From the NCBI GenBank assembly GCA_947470025.1, contig CANIRU010000001.1, positions 7,331-71,330 of the forward strand: a DNA stretch of 64,000 nt. Reading direction: 5' to 3'. Position 1 is the first letter of the stretch; each line of letters begins with the position of its first letter. Under the pieces are notes generated by a model that ran no database searches, had not been told where the DNA came from, and saw nothing but the letters and a program-made list of their open reading frames with translations. This document shows positions 36,498-46,180 of the stretch, piece by piece. Position numbers and translations under genes: made by a program. This DNA is from Chloroflexota bacterium. GTDB taxonomy: Bacteria; Chloroflexota; Dehalococcoidia; UBA2979.

Positions 36498-36905
36498 GTG
36501 ACTCAGAGAATCTACGTTGGAAACCTCTCGTTCTCCGCGACGGAGGCCGAGGTATCCGAGCTCTTCTCCCAGTTCGGCGAAGTTGTCTCGTGTGCCCTCC
36601 CGACCGACCGCGAGACCGGTCGCCCGCGCGGCTTCGGCTTCGTGGAGATGTCGAACGACGACGCCAAGAAGGCGATCCAGTCGCTCGACGGCAAGGACTT
36701 CGGCGGTCGCTCGCTGCGCGTCAACGAGGCTCAGCCTCGTGAGAGCCGCGGCGGCGGCGGCGGTGGTGGTTACGGCGGCGGCGGTGGTGGCGGCGGCTAC
36801 GGTGGTGGCGGTGGTGGCTACGGCGGGGGCGGTGGCTCTCGCGGTGGTGGCGGCGGCTACGGCGGGGGCGGTTCCCGCGGTGGCGGCGGCGGTGGCCGCT
36901 ACTAG
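36498..36905 (+). CDS. Glycine-rich RNA-binding protein (RRM domain)
   Basis: A GTG start gives RIYVGNLSFSATEAEVSELFSQFGEVVSCALPTDRETGRPRGFGFVEMS (RNP2/RNP1 motifs), then (GGGY)n repeats. Confidence 0.9.
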   Translation: MTQRIYVGNLSFSATEAEVSELFSQFGEVVSCALPTDRETGRPRGFGFVEMSNDDAKKAIQSLDGKDFGGRSLRVNEAQPRESRGGGGGGGYGGGGGGGGYGGGGGGYGGGGGSRGGGGGYGGGGSRGGGGGGRY

Positions 36906-37057
36906 TCCGCAGCCGATCTTCGGCAGCTGACTGATCGTCCGATCATCGATCGACTGATCACAGAAGGCGGGGTCGCAAGACCCCGCCTTCTGCTTGTCTC
37001 TCACGTTTCGGCTCGTCTCCGCGCACACGTGCTTGCACAGACCGATGCGCCCTCAGG

Positions 37058-37813
37058 CTACGGACAGCGCTCCAGCGTGCCCGGCGTGCCGAGCAGTTCG
37101 TCCAGGCGCACCGCGCGCAGGCCGCGCGCCTGCAGGCCGTCGAGGATCAAGGGCATCGCCTGCACCAGCACCGTCCGGTCCCGCCCGGGCTTGCCGTCGC
37201 GCCCGTCATGCAGCAGCACGATTGATCCCGGCTCCACCTTCGCGAGCACGCGCTGCGCGAGCTCCTTCGGGTCGGTCGCATCCCAATCGCGCACCTCGAC
37301 GTCCCAGTTCACCACCTGCACGCCCGCGCGCCCGACCGCGAGCCAGGAGAGCGCGGTGTAGACGCCGTGCGGCGCGCGATAGAACCGCGGGCACTGCCCC
37401 ACCGTCGCCGCAAACTGGGCCTGCCCGTCCGCGAGCTTGCGATAGAGCGGATCAAGGGCGGACGGCTTCTCGTGGTCGGAGGAGTGGTTCGCCAGCAGGT
37501 GCCCGTGCGCCACCAGCGCGCGCGCCACCTCGGGCTGCTCCGCGAGCGTGTGCCCCACGACGAAGAACGTCCCCGCCGCACCGCGCGCCTCGAGGGCGCG
37601 CGCCACGCCGAGCGTGTAGTCGCCGTTCAGGCCGTCATCGAACGTGAGTGCGACGGCGCCCGCGTTGCGCGCAGCGTGCCCGGTACCGCCCCCCACGGGC
37701 ACCGCGCCCAGCGCGATCGTCAGCGCGCCCACGACCAGCGCCACGCCCAGCACGCCCACCGGCCGCGAGGTGAGGCGCCCCGCCTGGAAACCACGCAGCC
37801 ACGCGGGGATCAT
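37058..37813 (-). CDS. Polysaccharide deacetylase (NodB domain), membrane-anchored
   Basis: MIPAWLRG..TM..VALTFDDGLNGDYT...ANHSSDHE...YRAPHG. ATGA coupling to the upstream membrane protein. Confidence 0.85.
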   Translation of the reverse strand: MIPAWLRGFQAGRLTSRPVGVLGVALVVGALTIALGAVPVGGGTGHAARNAGAVALTFDDGLNGDYTLGVARALEARGAAGTFFVVGHTLAEQPEVARALVAHGHLLANHSSDHEKPSALDPLYRKLADGQAQFAATVGQCPRFYRAPHGVYTALSWLAVGRAGVQVVNWDVEVRDWDATDPKELAQRVLAKVEPGSIVLLHDGRDGKPGRDRTVLVQAMPLILDGLQARGLRAVRLDELLGTPGTLERCP

Positions 37814-39255
37814 CGACGCACCCGCGGCCCACAGCCGCTGGGCTCGCTGCCGGGGTGCAGCGTGTACTCCAGGGTGCCGGCGGCGCCCCGGTACGTCAGC
37901 GCTGCGCCGCCCTCCCGCACGAGGCCGTCGAGCATGCGCACCTCGTCGCTCCACTGGAGCGTGGCCCACTCGCCGCTCACGAGCACGCGGTCGACGCGCT
38001 TCTCGCCCAGGAAGCAGCGGTAGGTGTGTGTGTCACCGAAGGAGTAGCGCCACACGCTCTCGTCGAAGAAGTCCTGCCCCAGCGTCGCGCCCGCCCGCAT
38101 CAGCTCGTACATCCCGTCCTCATGCCGTGTCGTCGTCAGCACGCGGTAGACGGCGTCCGGGCTCACGCGGTCGTCCGCGACGACGTCCGCGAAGCGCGGC
38201 TCGGACGCCTCCCACAGCCCAACCGGTGGCGCGTGACGGACGTCGTTCCCGACGGCGACCGCGGCGACGAGGAAGACGAGCGGCCAGGCACGGACGGCCG
38301 TGGACGCGAAGCGGCTGAGCGCCCACGCCCAGCCGACCACGCTGATGCGCTTCAGCGTCAGCCACAGTGGCTTGCTCAGCATCCCGAATCCTACGTCGCG
38401 CACCAGCGGCGTGGCGAACAACATCCAGATCGCCGGCGCGGCGAGGACGACGGCGATCGCGATGCCGAGCGCCTCGCGGTACGGCATGCGGCGCTCCGAT
38501 TCGGCGTTCGCCAGCGCGGAGGCGAACAGCGCCGCGCCACCGATGAGCGGGTGGGCGTACAGCGCGAGGACCGCGAGGCTGGTGCCTCGCGCGGTGCGCG
38601 CGCGACTGAACTCGCCGGCGGCGAAGCAGGCAAAGCCCAGCGCCCAGAACGTGGGCAGCTGGAACTGCGCGAGTCCGCCGTAGAGCTGCGGGTTGAGCAG
38701 CAGGATCGCGGTGAGCAGCGGCGACCGCATGCGCGGCAGCCAGTGCCACACACCGGCGACGAGGAACAGCGCCCCGCCCACCAGGCTCGCCGTCACCGCC
38801 CAGTCGCCGAACAGGGGACGCACCACCGCCGTGGGGAGCCAGGGGATCATCCCGTACGGGAACGTCAGCGCACGCCCGGCCTCCAGCACAGGGATGCGCA
38901 GCGGAATCCAGTGATCGCGGTAGATCGCCTGCTGCAGGAACCAGACGTGCGCGTACGAGTGCGCGCTGTCGTTGCCGAGGTACAGCGAGCGCGTGAGGAT
39001 CGCCCCGAGGAAGGCCAGGAAGCCGAGGATCGTCAGCCCGGCGACGACCTCGTAGAGCGTCCAGCGGCGGGCGCCGGGCAGGTCGCGCCAGCAGCGCTCG
39101 CGGTAAACCATGACCAGGCGGCGGACGGCGTCAGCCGGCGACGTGATGGGCGCCAGTTCGCGTGCCTCCGTCGAGCTCGGTGCCCCCATTGCGAAATCAT
39201 CTCGCACATGAGGGCCTGAGTAACGCCGGCCTCCCCGTAGAGGTTTCGGAATCAC
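37810..39255 (-). CDS. Polytopic integral membrane protein (possible GT-C-like glycosyltransferase)
   Basis: At least 10 hydrophobic segments, operonic with the deacetylase. The start is uncertain (ATG at 39255 or 39189). Confidence 0.55.
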   Translation of the reverse strand: MIPKPLRGGRRYSGPHVRDDFAMGAPSSTEARELAPITSPADAVRRLVMVYRERCWRDLPGARRWTLYEVVAGLTILGFLAFLGAILTRSLYLGNDSAHSYAHVWFLQQAIYRDHWIPLRIPVLEAGRALTFPYGMIPWLPTAVVRPLFGDWAVTASLVGGALFLVAGVWHWLPRMRSPLLTAILLLNPQLYGGLAQFQLPTFWALGFACFAAGEFSRARTARGTSLAVLALYAHPLIGGAALFASALANAESERRMPYREALGIAIAVVLAAPAIWMLFATPLVRDVGFGMLSKPLWLTLKRISVVGWAWALSRFASTAVRAWPLVFLVAAVAVGNDVRHAPPVGLWEASEPRFADVVADDRVSPDAVYRVLTTTRHEDGMYELMRAGATLGQDFFDESVWRYSFGDTHTYRCFLGEKRVDRVLVSGEWATLQWSDEVRMLDGLVREGGAALTYRGAAGTLEYTLHPGSEPSGCGPRVRR

Positions 39256-39273
39256 CTCATTTCTAGGGGGCGA

Positions 39274-40650
39274 TTATCCCAGCAGCGGGCGCAGCTCCCG
39301 CATATCCTTCACCCGCTCCAGCGTCCAGACGGCGTCGCAGAGCTTTCGTGCCTTCCGCTTGCCGAGCACCGGCGCGAGCAGGTGGTAGCACTTCTCATCG
39401 ACTTCGGCACGGGCCATCGGGTTCTCGTCGGTGCCTCGGACGGCCTTGGTGTGGTGGCGGAGCCTACGACCGTCTTTGAGCGTCAGTTCGACGATGCCCT
39501 GGCGGGATGGGAACACCTTCTGGAGCTCCTCGTCCTTCACGAGGTCGATGCGGCGACGCACCTCGAGGACCTTCGGGTCGTGCATCCTCGGCTCGTCGTG
39601 GGCGGACTCGAAGGTGACGATGCCGTCCACGATCATCACGGCGCACATGTGCTGCATGCAGATGTCCGGCATCAGCCGGTTGTCCGTCGTCGTCGCCGCC
39701 GCCGGAGCGACGCGCACGACCACGTGCTCGATGTCGTCCGCCTTCAGGTCGTGCTCGCGAATGAGGTCGAGGAGCGAGTCGAGCGGCGCCTGAATCGGCG
39801 AACCGACGGACCATCGCTTGATGTTGGTGCGCATGACCTCGAACGTGCTGCCGAGCTCGCGCGTCAGTTCGTCGATGTTCATCGGACGGTCCGGTGCGCC
39901 GTAGGCCATGGCGAAGTTGCGCGGGCCCGCGAAGATGTCGTCGGTCGCGGTGAAGCCGGCCTTCAGGAACGACGCTGCGGTCACGCCGTTGCGCGCCGGC
40001 ATCCCACCGAAGTCGAAGGCCTTCTCGACGTGCTCGAGGTCCCCGACCCACGAGCCGACGCCAGACGCCTGCTGGCCGGCGTAGGTGATCAGGTGCCGCG
40101 CCTGTCGCGCATCGACCCTCGCGATCGATCCGGCGGCCGCCGCCGCACCGAACGTCGGGCCGAACGAGTGGGTGGAGTGGCCCTCCTCGCGGAACTCGTA
40201 CGCATTGAGGGACATCGTGAAGCGTGTGCCGACGTCGTAGCCGAGGGCGACGGCGCGCAGAAACGCTTTGCCGCCTCGATGCTCACGCTCCGCCATCGCG
40301 AGCGCGGCGGAGACGATGCCGCAGCCGGGGTGGGTCTGCGAGGCGGCGTGGGAGTCGTCCGTCTCGTCAGAGTGCGCGAGCATGCCGTTGGCGAGCGCGG
40401 CGGTCTCGACGTTGGTGACGATCTTCGTGCCGACGACGGTGGCTTCGCGCTTGCCGCCTCGACCCTTCGCGTAGGCGATCGCCCGCTTGCCGGGGAGCAG
40501 CTTCGTGCCGGACACCATGGCGGCGAGCGTGTCGAGGACGTGGTGCTTCGTCTTCTCCGTGACCTCGGACGGCAGCGCCTGCTTCGCGGCCCCGGCGATG
40601 TACTCCGCGAGCGCCTGGACCTGGGGCGTCACCGCTGGTGCCTCGTTCAC
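39274..40650 (-). CDS. MmgE/PrpD-family protein (2-methylcitrate dehydratase-like)
   Basis: 458 aa with PrpD signatures (...ALANGMLAHSDETDDSH...). Confidence 0.9.
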   Translation of the reverse strand: MNEAPAVTPQVQALAEYIAGAAKQALPSEVTEKTKHHVLDTLAAMVSGTKLLPGKRAIAYAKGRGGKREATVVGTKIVTNVETAALANGMLAHSDETDDSHAASQTHPGCGIVSAALAMAEREHRGGKAFLRAVALGYDVGTRFTMSLNAYEFREEGHSTHSFGPTFGAAAAAGSIARVDARQARHLITYAGQQASGVGSWVGDLEHVEKAFDFGGMPARNGVTAASFLKAGFTATDDIFAGPRNFAMAYGAPDRPMNIDELTRELGSTFEVMRTNIKRWSVGSPIQAPLDSLLDLIREHDLKADDIEHVVVRVAPAAATTTDNRLMPDICMQHMCAVMIVDGIVTFESAHDEPRMHDPKVLEVRRRIDLVKDEELQKVFPSRQGIVELTLKDGRRLRHHTKAVRGTDENPMARAEVDEKCYHLLAPVLGKRKARKLCDAVWTLERVKDMRELRPLLG

Positions 40651-40670
40651 TCGATCCCCCGTCCGGCGGT

Positions 40671-40690
40671 CGTGCCGTGCCGTGCCGTGC
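40671..40690. repeat. Pentanucleotide microsatellite (CGTGC)x4 in the 5' leader of the prpD-like gene
   Basis: cgtgccgtgccgtgccgtgc lies 21 bp upstream of the minus-strand start at 40650. Confidence 0.8.
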
Positions 40691-41093
40691 CGCTGAGTCT
40701 AAGCCGCGTAAGTACCGCCAGCCGGTGCTCTAGAAGCGCTCCGCGCCCCGCTTCGGTGCCACCCAACAACGACCAAGGCTCGATACTGCGCCGCCAATCC
40801 AGCGGCGGTTGAATTGTCAATACCGACGAGTAATTTCTGGCAGATCGTGATCTCTCTCTCGTTAGTGCGCGGGGATCGTCACCACCTGACTGCTTGGGAA
40901 GCAAGCTCGGCAAGCACTGTGCTTCGCGAATGATCTGCTCGTCGTTCGCGCCACCTGACGCTTCTCGGACGGCGCCGGGTGCGGGTTACCGCGAGATCCG
41001 CCGGCGAATCACACTCGCACCTCATTCACCACGTCGGAGGTTCTACGCAACCACATCGGCTCTGCATCATAGTTCGGACGCGCGGCAGCGCCT

Positions 41094-41138
41094 CATAAAC
41101 AAACTCCCCTCTCTCGTCGGTTAAACAAGAGAGAGGAG
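41094..41138 (-). terminator. Rho-independent terminator of the giant surface-protein gene
   Basis: On the minus strand: ctcctctctcttg-tttaaccga-cgagagaggggag followed by tttgtttat. It lies 27 bp after the stop at 41165. Confidence 0.6.
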
Positions 41139-41164
41139 TTCAATTCGCATTCCGCTTGCCTCGC

Positions 41165-44100
41165 CTATCGCGCTGGGATGGTGAGCACCTGGCCGTCGCG
41201 CACGGCGTAGGTCGGGCCGGCGATGTTGTTCGCAACCGCAATGACCTGCCAGTCGACACCGACTTTCACGCCGATGCCGGAAAGCGTGTCACCAGGCAGC
41301 ACCGTGTACGACTGCACCGCTCTCGGCGCTGCTGCGGCGGCCGGCGTCGCCAGTGCAGCAGCCGGCGTCGCGGCGACGGACTTCGTCAGCGTCACGGCGG
41401 TCGAGACAGACAGTCCGTTGGGGAAAGCTGCCGCGAACGTGTCACGAAGGAACGCCGGGCCGCCCACGACGAGGAGGCGATACACGCCGCCCAGGCCCTG
41501 GACCCAGACGCCCGTCGCACCCTGCGCCACCGCCGCCGACTCGAGCTGAGTGACCGTGCCGCCGTTGAAGACGGCGAGCGCGAGGCCGGTCGAACTAAAC
41601 GTCGCCGCGCCTCCGAATCCACCAGGCGCGGCCACAGGAGCCGGCGGTGCCTGGTTGATGCGCTGCACGGAGAAGAGCGTGAAGTGCGTGACACTCGCCG
41701 TAACCGACAGCGAACCGTCCGCATTGACCGTGACGACCGCGGGCGTCGTAACCCAACTGGTGCCGCTCCAGAAGGCGAGCGTGATGTTTCCCGCGGTGCT
41801 GCCCGCCGGGACCGAAGACGCCGGCACGGTGAACGTCAGCGACACGGGGACTGCGAGCGTCGTTACGGCGATGCCGGACGACATCGCGTTGATCTGGAAA
41901 CCGGAGACGAGTGATGCACCGGAGGGCGGCGGAGCAGCGTTCGCCAGCGCGAGGTCGTTCGTGACTGACGCGACCTGCACCGTGGTGCCCGCGGGCAGGG
42001 CGCCTGCCGGGACCGACACGGTCGCCGACACACCGGTCGAGGACGTCGTGCCGACGTTCACGCTGGACGTGCCCGTGGTCGCGCCGACGTTCACATTCGA
42101 CAGCGTGGCACCCACCACATCCGGACCAGCGGTGCCACCCGAGGGCGGGACGAACAAGCTGCCACCGCCGGTACCCGGGTCAGGTGTCACTATTGGCGCG
42201 CTGATCGTGAACGTCGGCGTAGCTACCACGCTTCCGGCGTTTCCAATCGCCGTCGCCGGAATCGTGACACTCACGGTCTCGTTCGCGCCAATGCTGTATG
42301 CCGCCGTCGCGGGTACCGTGACGGTAACGATGGTCGCGCTCGTGCGCACCACCGCGGCCACTGCAAGCGTGCCCCTGACGGCCGCGTTCCAGCCTGCCGC
42401 CTCGGCCCCGGCCGAAGTCAGGCCGTTGATGATGTTCTGGCGCTGAGCGTCGAAGGTCGCGCCCGCAGCGACCCACGTGCCGTTGGTCAGCGTCACTATG
42501 ATCGTGCCGCCGGAAGAGGTCAGCGTGGACGACGGCACGCCGCTGCTCAGCGAGCCACTGAGAGACGCTGACGTTGGTACAAGGCTGAACGGCGACGAGG
42601 CGACCACCCCCGATGCGGTGCCGATCGCCGTCGCGGGGATCGTCGCGGTGACGGTCTCGCTCGCTGTGATGTTGTAAGTCGCGATGGCCGGTAACGTAAT
42701 GGTCACGACCGTCGCGCTCGTTCGCACGACGTTGCCGACGACCAAGCCGGTCTTCACCGTCGCGTTCCAGCCGGCGGCCTCGGCAGCAGCCGAGGTCAGG
42801 CCGTTGATGATGTTCTGGCGCTGAGCGTCGAACGTCGCGCCCGCGGCCACCCAATTGCCGTTCGTCAACGTCAGGATGACGGTGCCGCCACCGGCGACGA
42901 CGCCGGCCTCAGTGTTCGCGCCGCCCTGGATGGTGCCCGTCACCGCCGCGGAAGCCGGGAGGACGTTGAAGGTCGGGCTGCCGACGATGGCAGACCCACT
43001 GACCAGTGCGGCACCGGGGACAGTGACCGTGATCGTCTCGCTCGAGGCGATGTCGTAGGTCGCGACGGCGGGCAGGGTGATCGTGATGACCGTCGCGCTC
43101 GTGCGGACCACGTTGCCGACGCTGAGGGCCGGCTTCACGGTCGCGTTCCATCCGGCCGCGGCCGCACCGCCTGAGGTCAGGCCGTTGATGATGGCCTGGC
43201 GCTGAGCGTCGAACGTGGCGCCTGCGGCGACCAGCGTGTCGTCGGCGATGGTGACGATGATCGTCCCGCCCCCGGCGACGAGTGCGCCCTCGCTGTTCGC
43301 GCCACCCTGGATCGTGCCCGTGATTGTCGCGGTCGCGCCGACGTTGAACGTGTTGCTCGTGGCAGCCGTCGCGCCCGCGCTGGTGAACCCCAGCGTGTAG
43401 CCGTTGCCGGCCACGCTCAGCGTCAGGTCGTTGAAAGTGGCGATGCCCGCCACCGCGGCGCGGGTCGTCGTGCCGGCGAGGACACTCGCAGACGGGTTCG
43501 TCCCGACGGCAGCGACCACGTTGGTGGTGTCTGAGGCGCGGAGATTGCCAAACGCATCACGGATCTGCACGGTCATCGCCGGGGCGATCGCCGCGAGCAC
43601 GGCGACGTTGCTGGGCTGCTGCGTGATGACCAGCGCGCTGACGGCGCCCGGGTTCACGGTGAACGACACCGAGGCGACGTGCGTCCCGGACAGGCCGACT
43701 TCCTGCGCCTTGATCGTCGTCGACTGCGCTCGGTCAAGCGTCGTCGCGAGCGTCGTGGTCGCGAGCCCAGCCGTGAACGACACCGAGGTCGTGAAGCTAT
43801 CCGTACCGGAGGTCGGGCCGTTCGAGGCGCCCGAGAGCGCGTACGTGAGCGTCTTCGCACCGGCATAGGCCGTCGAGCCGTTCGCACCGTCGGCGACATT
43901 GCCAAAGAGGTCGACCGCCGTGATCGTCGTGAGGTTGAAGGAGACGCCCGCCGTCTGCGGACCGGCAGGCGCGACGGTCACCAGGTGGTCAGCGGCCGCG
44001 TGCCGGATCGTGAACGCCGGCGAGGAGTCGACCGTGCGCGAGACGGAGTTCAGTGTCGCGGTGAACCGCAGCACCTTGTCTGTGCCGACCAGATCGATCT

Positions 44101-45256
44101 TGAGGGCATTCGCTGAGAAGTCGGCGACGCCCGCCACTGCGGCTTTCGCGGCGGTGCCGGTCAGCGTGCCGGCGCCCGTCTGCAGGCTGGCGGTGACAGT
44201 CGCGGTCGCGTCGGTGCCCGTGGTAACGAGGTTTCCGGAAGCATCAAGGATACGAATGACGGGCTGTTGGGCGAAGGCCACACCGGCGACAGAGGTCGCG
44301 GAGGGCTGCGTGAACACAGTCATCGACAGACCGGCGCCGTTAGCGACCGTCAGGGCTGCCGTGGCACCGGTGACGCCGTTCGCGGGAGCCGCCAGGTTGG
44401 CGCCGCCGGCGTTCTGTACTGTCGCGGTGATTGTCGGCGTTTCGGAGGCGTTGGTGAGGATGAAGCCGGTCACGTTAGTGATGCCCGACGTGAAGGTCTT
44501 CGCACCGGATTGGGCGGTGACCGTCGGCGCGGTCGCGTTCGGCGAGTTGGTCGCCGTCGTCGTGAAGGAGAGATCGACCGTGCCGCCGTTAACCGACGTC
44601 GCGGTGTTGTTGAACTGATCACGCGCGGTGACGCGGACCGCAAACGCGGTACCCGCCGTCAGGGACGTGGTCGGCGTGCCGCCGCCGTTGTTCGCGTTCA
44701 AGGACTGCGTCAGGAAGTTGGTCGGCGAGCCCGCGATCTCCGCGAGCGCGCCCGCATTGCCGGACGCGGTCGAGGTGCCGCTGAACGTCAGTTTGCCGGA
44801 AGCGAGCGGCGTGCCAGCGGTCGGCTGAACCGTGACCCCGGTGTACGTGAGCACGCATGCAGCAGTGGAAGCACTTGCAACGGTAAACGTAATCGTCGAG
44901 GCCGCAGGGGTCGCGGTGTTCAGCGTCGCTGCGCCCGCTCCGATGTCGATGTCGCAGCCACCACCTGTGGGGGTGAGGGTAATCGTGGCGGACGTGTCGA
45001 ACCGGAACCCGGACGGAGCGTTCAGAATAATCGAGCCCGTCCCGATGTCGGCAGCGCCCGCCTCAGTGAGGACGGGGCCGGTCAGCGACGTGAATGCGGC
45101 CCCTGCCGCACCCTGAGCCGTGTCAGCCAAAATCGCGCCGCCGCCCGTTGCCACGGTGATCGAGGGCGGTGCCGCGTGGACAACGCTGCTCCACAGAAGA
45201 AGCCCGGCCGCAGCAACCGAGAACCCGAAGACGGCCTTGGCCGCATTCGAGCGCAA
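41165..45256 (-). CDS. Giant (1363 aa) secreted LysM-domain surface protein with Ig-like (Big) domains and three ~127-aa tandem repeats
   Basis: Signal peptide MRSNAAKAVFGFSVAAAGLLLWSSVVHA. Big-like segments (VIRILDASGNLV..., VQIRDAFGNL...). C-terminal LysM YTVLPGDTLSGIGVKVGVDWQVIAVANNI...GQVLTIP. Confidence 0.8.
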   Translation of the reverse strand: MRSNAAKAVFGFSVAAAGLLLWSSVVHAAPPSITVATGGGAILADTAQGAAGAAFTSLTGPVLTEAGAADIGTGSIILNAPSGFRFDTSATITLTPTGGGCDIDIGAGAATLNTATPAASTITFTVASASTAACVLTYTGVTVQPTAGTPLASGKLTFSGTSTASGNAGALAEIAGSPTNFLTQSLNANNGGGTPTTSLTAGTAFAVRVTARDQFNNTATSVNGGTVDLSFTTTATNSPNATAPTVTAQSGAKTFTSGITNVTGFILTNASETPTITATVQNAGGANLAAPANGVTGATAALTVANGAGLSMTVFTQPSATSVAGVAFAQQPVIRILDASGNLVTTGTDATATVTASLQTGAGTLTGTAAKAAVAGVADFSANALKIDLVGTDKVLRFTATLNSVSRTVDSSPAFTIRHAAADHLVTVAPAGPQTAGVSFNLTTITAVDLFGNVADGANGSTAYAGAKTLTYALSGASNGPTSGTDSFTTSVSFTAGLATTTLATTLDRAQSTTIKAQEVGLSGTHVASVSFTVNPGAVSALVITQQPSNVAVLAAIAPAMTVQIRDAFGNLRASDTTNVVAAVGTNPSASVLAGTTTRAAVAGIATFNDLTLSVAGNGYTLGFTSAGATAATSNTFNVGATATITGTIQGGANSEGALVAGGGTIIVTIADDTLVAAGATFDAQRQAIINGLTSGGAAAAGWNATVKPALSVGNVVRTSATVITITLPAVATYDIASSETITVTVPGAALVSGSAIVGSPTFNVLPASAAVTGTIQGGANTEAGVVAGGGTVILTLTNGNWVAAGATFDAQRQNIINGLTSAAAEAAGWNATVKTGLVVGNVVRTSATVVTITLPAIATYNITASETVTATIPATAIGTASGVVASSPFSLVPTSASLSGSLSSGVPSSTLTSSGGTIIVTLTNGTWVAAGATFDAQRQNIINGLTSAGAEAAGWNAAVRGTLAVAAVVRTSATIVTVTVPATAAYSIGANETVSVTIPATAIGNAGSVVATPTFTISAPIVTPDPGTGGGSLFVPPSGGTAGPDVVGATLSNVNVGATTGTSSVNVGTTSSTGVSATVSVPAGALPAGTTVQVASVTNDLALANAAPPPSGASLVSGFQINAMSSGIAVTTLAVPVSLTFTVPASSVPAGSTAGNITLAFWSGTSWVTTPAVVTVNADGSLSVTASVTHFTLFSVQRINQAPPAPVAAPGGFGGAATFSSTGLALAVFNGGTVTQLESAAVAQGATGVWVQGLGGVYRLLVVGGPAFLRDTFAAAFPNGLSVSTAVTLTKSVAATPAAALATPAAAAAPRAVQSYTVLPGDTLSGIGVKVGVDWQVIAVANNIAGPTYAVRDGQVLTIPAR
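42197..43336 (-). repeat. Three in-frame tandem repeats (378-381 bp each) inside the giant surface-protein gene
   Basis: ggccgttgatgatgttctggcgctgagcgtcgaa recurs at 42421, 42799 and 43180. The protein units TGTIQGGAN(S/T)E...ATFDAQRQ(A/N)IINGLTS...GWNATVK... repeat three times. Confidence 0.85.
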
Positions 45257-45506
45257 CCCAACTCGCTGAGGAATGCTTTCGACATCGTCACTCTCCCTTG
45301 GCCACCGGGTGCGACTCGTAAACGTTAGGGAACATTCACCAATCTCTCCTCTGCTTGTACCACTCTCTCAACGTGAGTCAAATGACCTTGAATAGGAATG
45401 TCAGCGATACACGAACGATCTCCGAAGTGGTCGCGCCCCTGGCGGCCGCGCACGCGTTTACCCGACGAGGCACACGGTAGGATGTGGCCCGCACCCGGAG
45501 CGCTCG

Positions 45507-46169
45507 ATGAACCTCGACCACAACGAGCTGAACCCGATGTGGGCACGCCGCGCCGCGCTCGCCGCCTCGCCGCACGCCGCCCATCGCGGTGACGCACCGC
45601 GCGAGGGCGTGGCGTGCTGCCGCATCGCGATAGCCTCATCCGAGGTGCGTGCACTCCTCGACGCCCAGCGCGGCGCGGCGTGCATCACTCAGGTGATCAC
45701 GTGGGACGCACCGCTGATGCTGCTCGCGGACGACGGCACGTTCGCCACGCAGGTCCGGACCGCGGGTGTTCCCGTCCTCGACCGCGGCGGTACGTACGCG
45801 GAGCGCCAGTGGGACGCACGTGAAGCGCTCGAGGAGGCCGCGCACCGCTTCTACGATCACCAGGAGACGTGGGGCGTGCGGGGCATGGTGACGCGCCAGC
45901 CTCGGACGACGGTTGCGATCGTCGAGGGTGCCCTGCAGGTGCATGCACTGCTATCCGCGCTCGTGCAGTTCGGCGCGTCGACCGAGGATGCCGGTGAGCA
46001 ACGTGGCGCGGGGCTGGTGGTGGACGGACGCGATCCGCTCGACCTGCGCATCTTCGTCGTCGACTCGATCGACGCCGACCGCGCGCTGATCGTCCACCCC
46101 GCAGGCGTCGAGGAGTACCGCCGGGCCGAGGTACTCGAACGCCTGCTCGGCGAGACCCGGCGCGGCTAG
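45507..46169 (+). CDS. Hypothetical protein
   Basis: A 220-aa ORF with very high GC3 and no recognised domain. Confidence 0.5.
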   Translation: MNLDHNELNPMWARRAALAASPHAAHRGDAPREGVACCRIAIASSEVRALLDAQRGAACITQVITWDAPLMLLADDGTFATQVRTAGVPVLDRGGTYAERQWDAREALEEAAHRFYDHQETWGVRGMVTRQPRTTVAIVEGALQVHALLSALVQFGASTEDAGEQRGAGLVVDGRDPLDLRIFVVDSIDADRALIVHPAGVEEYRRAEVLERLLGETRRG

Positions 46170-46180
46170 AGGACGCTCGC

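Noticed and set aside
36740-36900. GGC/GGT-rich simple repeat
   Set aside because: It is coding: the (GGGY)n glycine-rich tail of the RRM protein, not an intergenic microsatellite.
39382-40812. 476-aa + ORF
   Set aside because: Antisense to the prpD-like gene.
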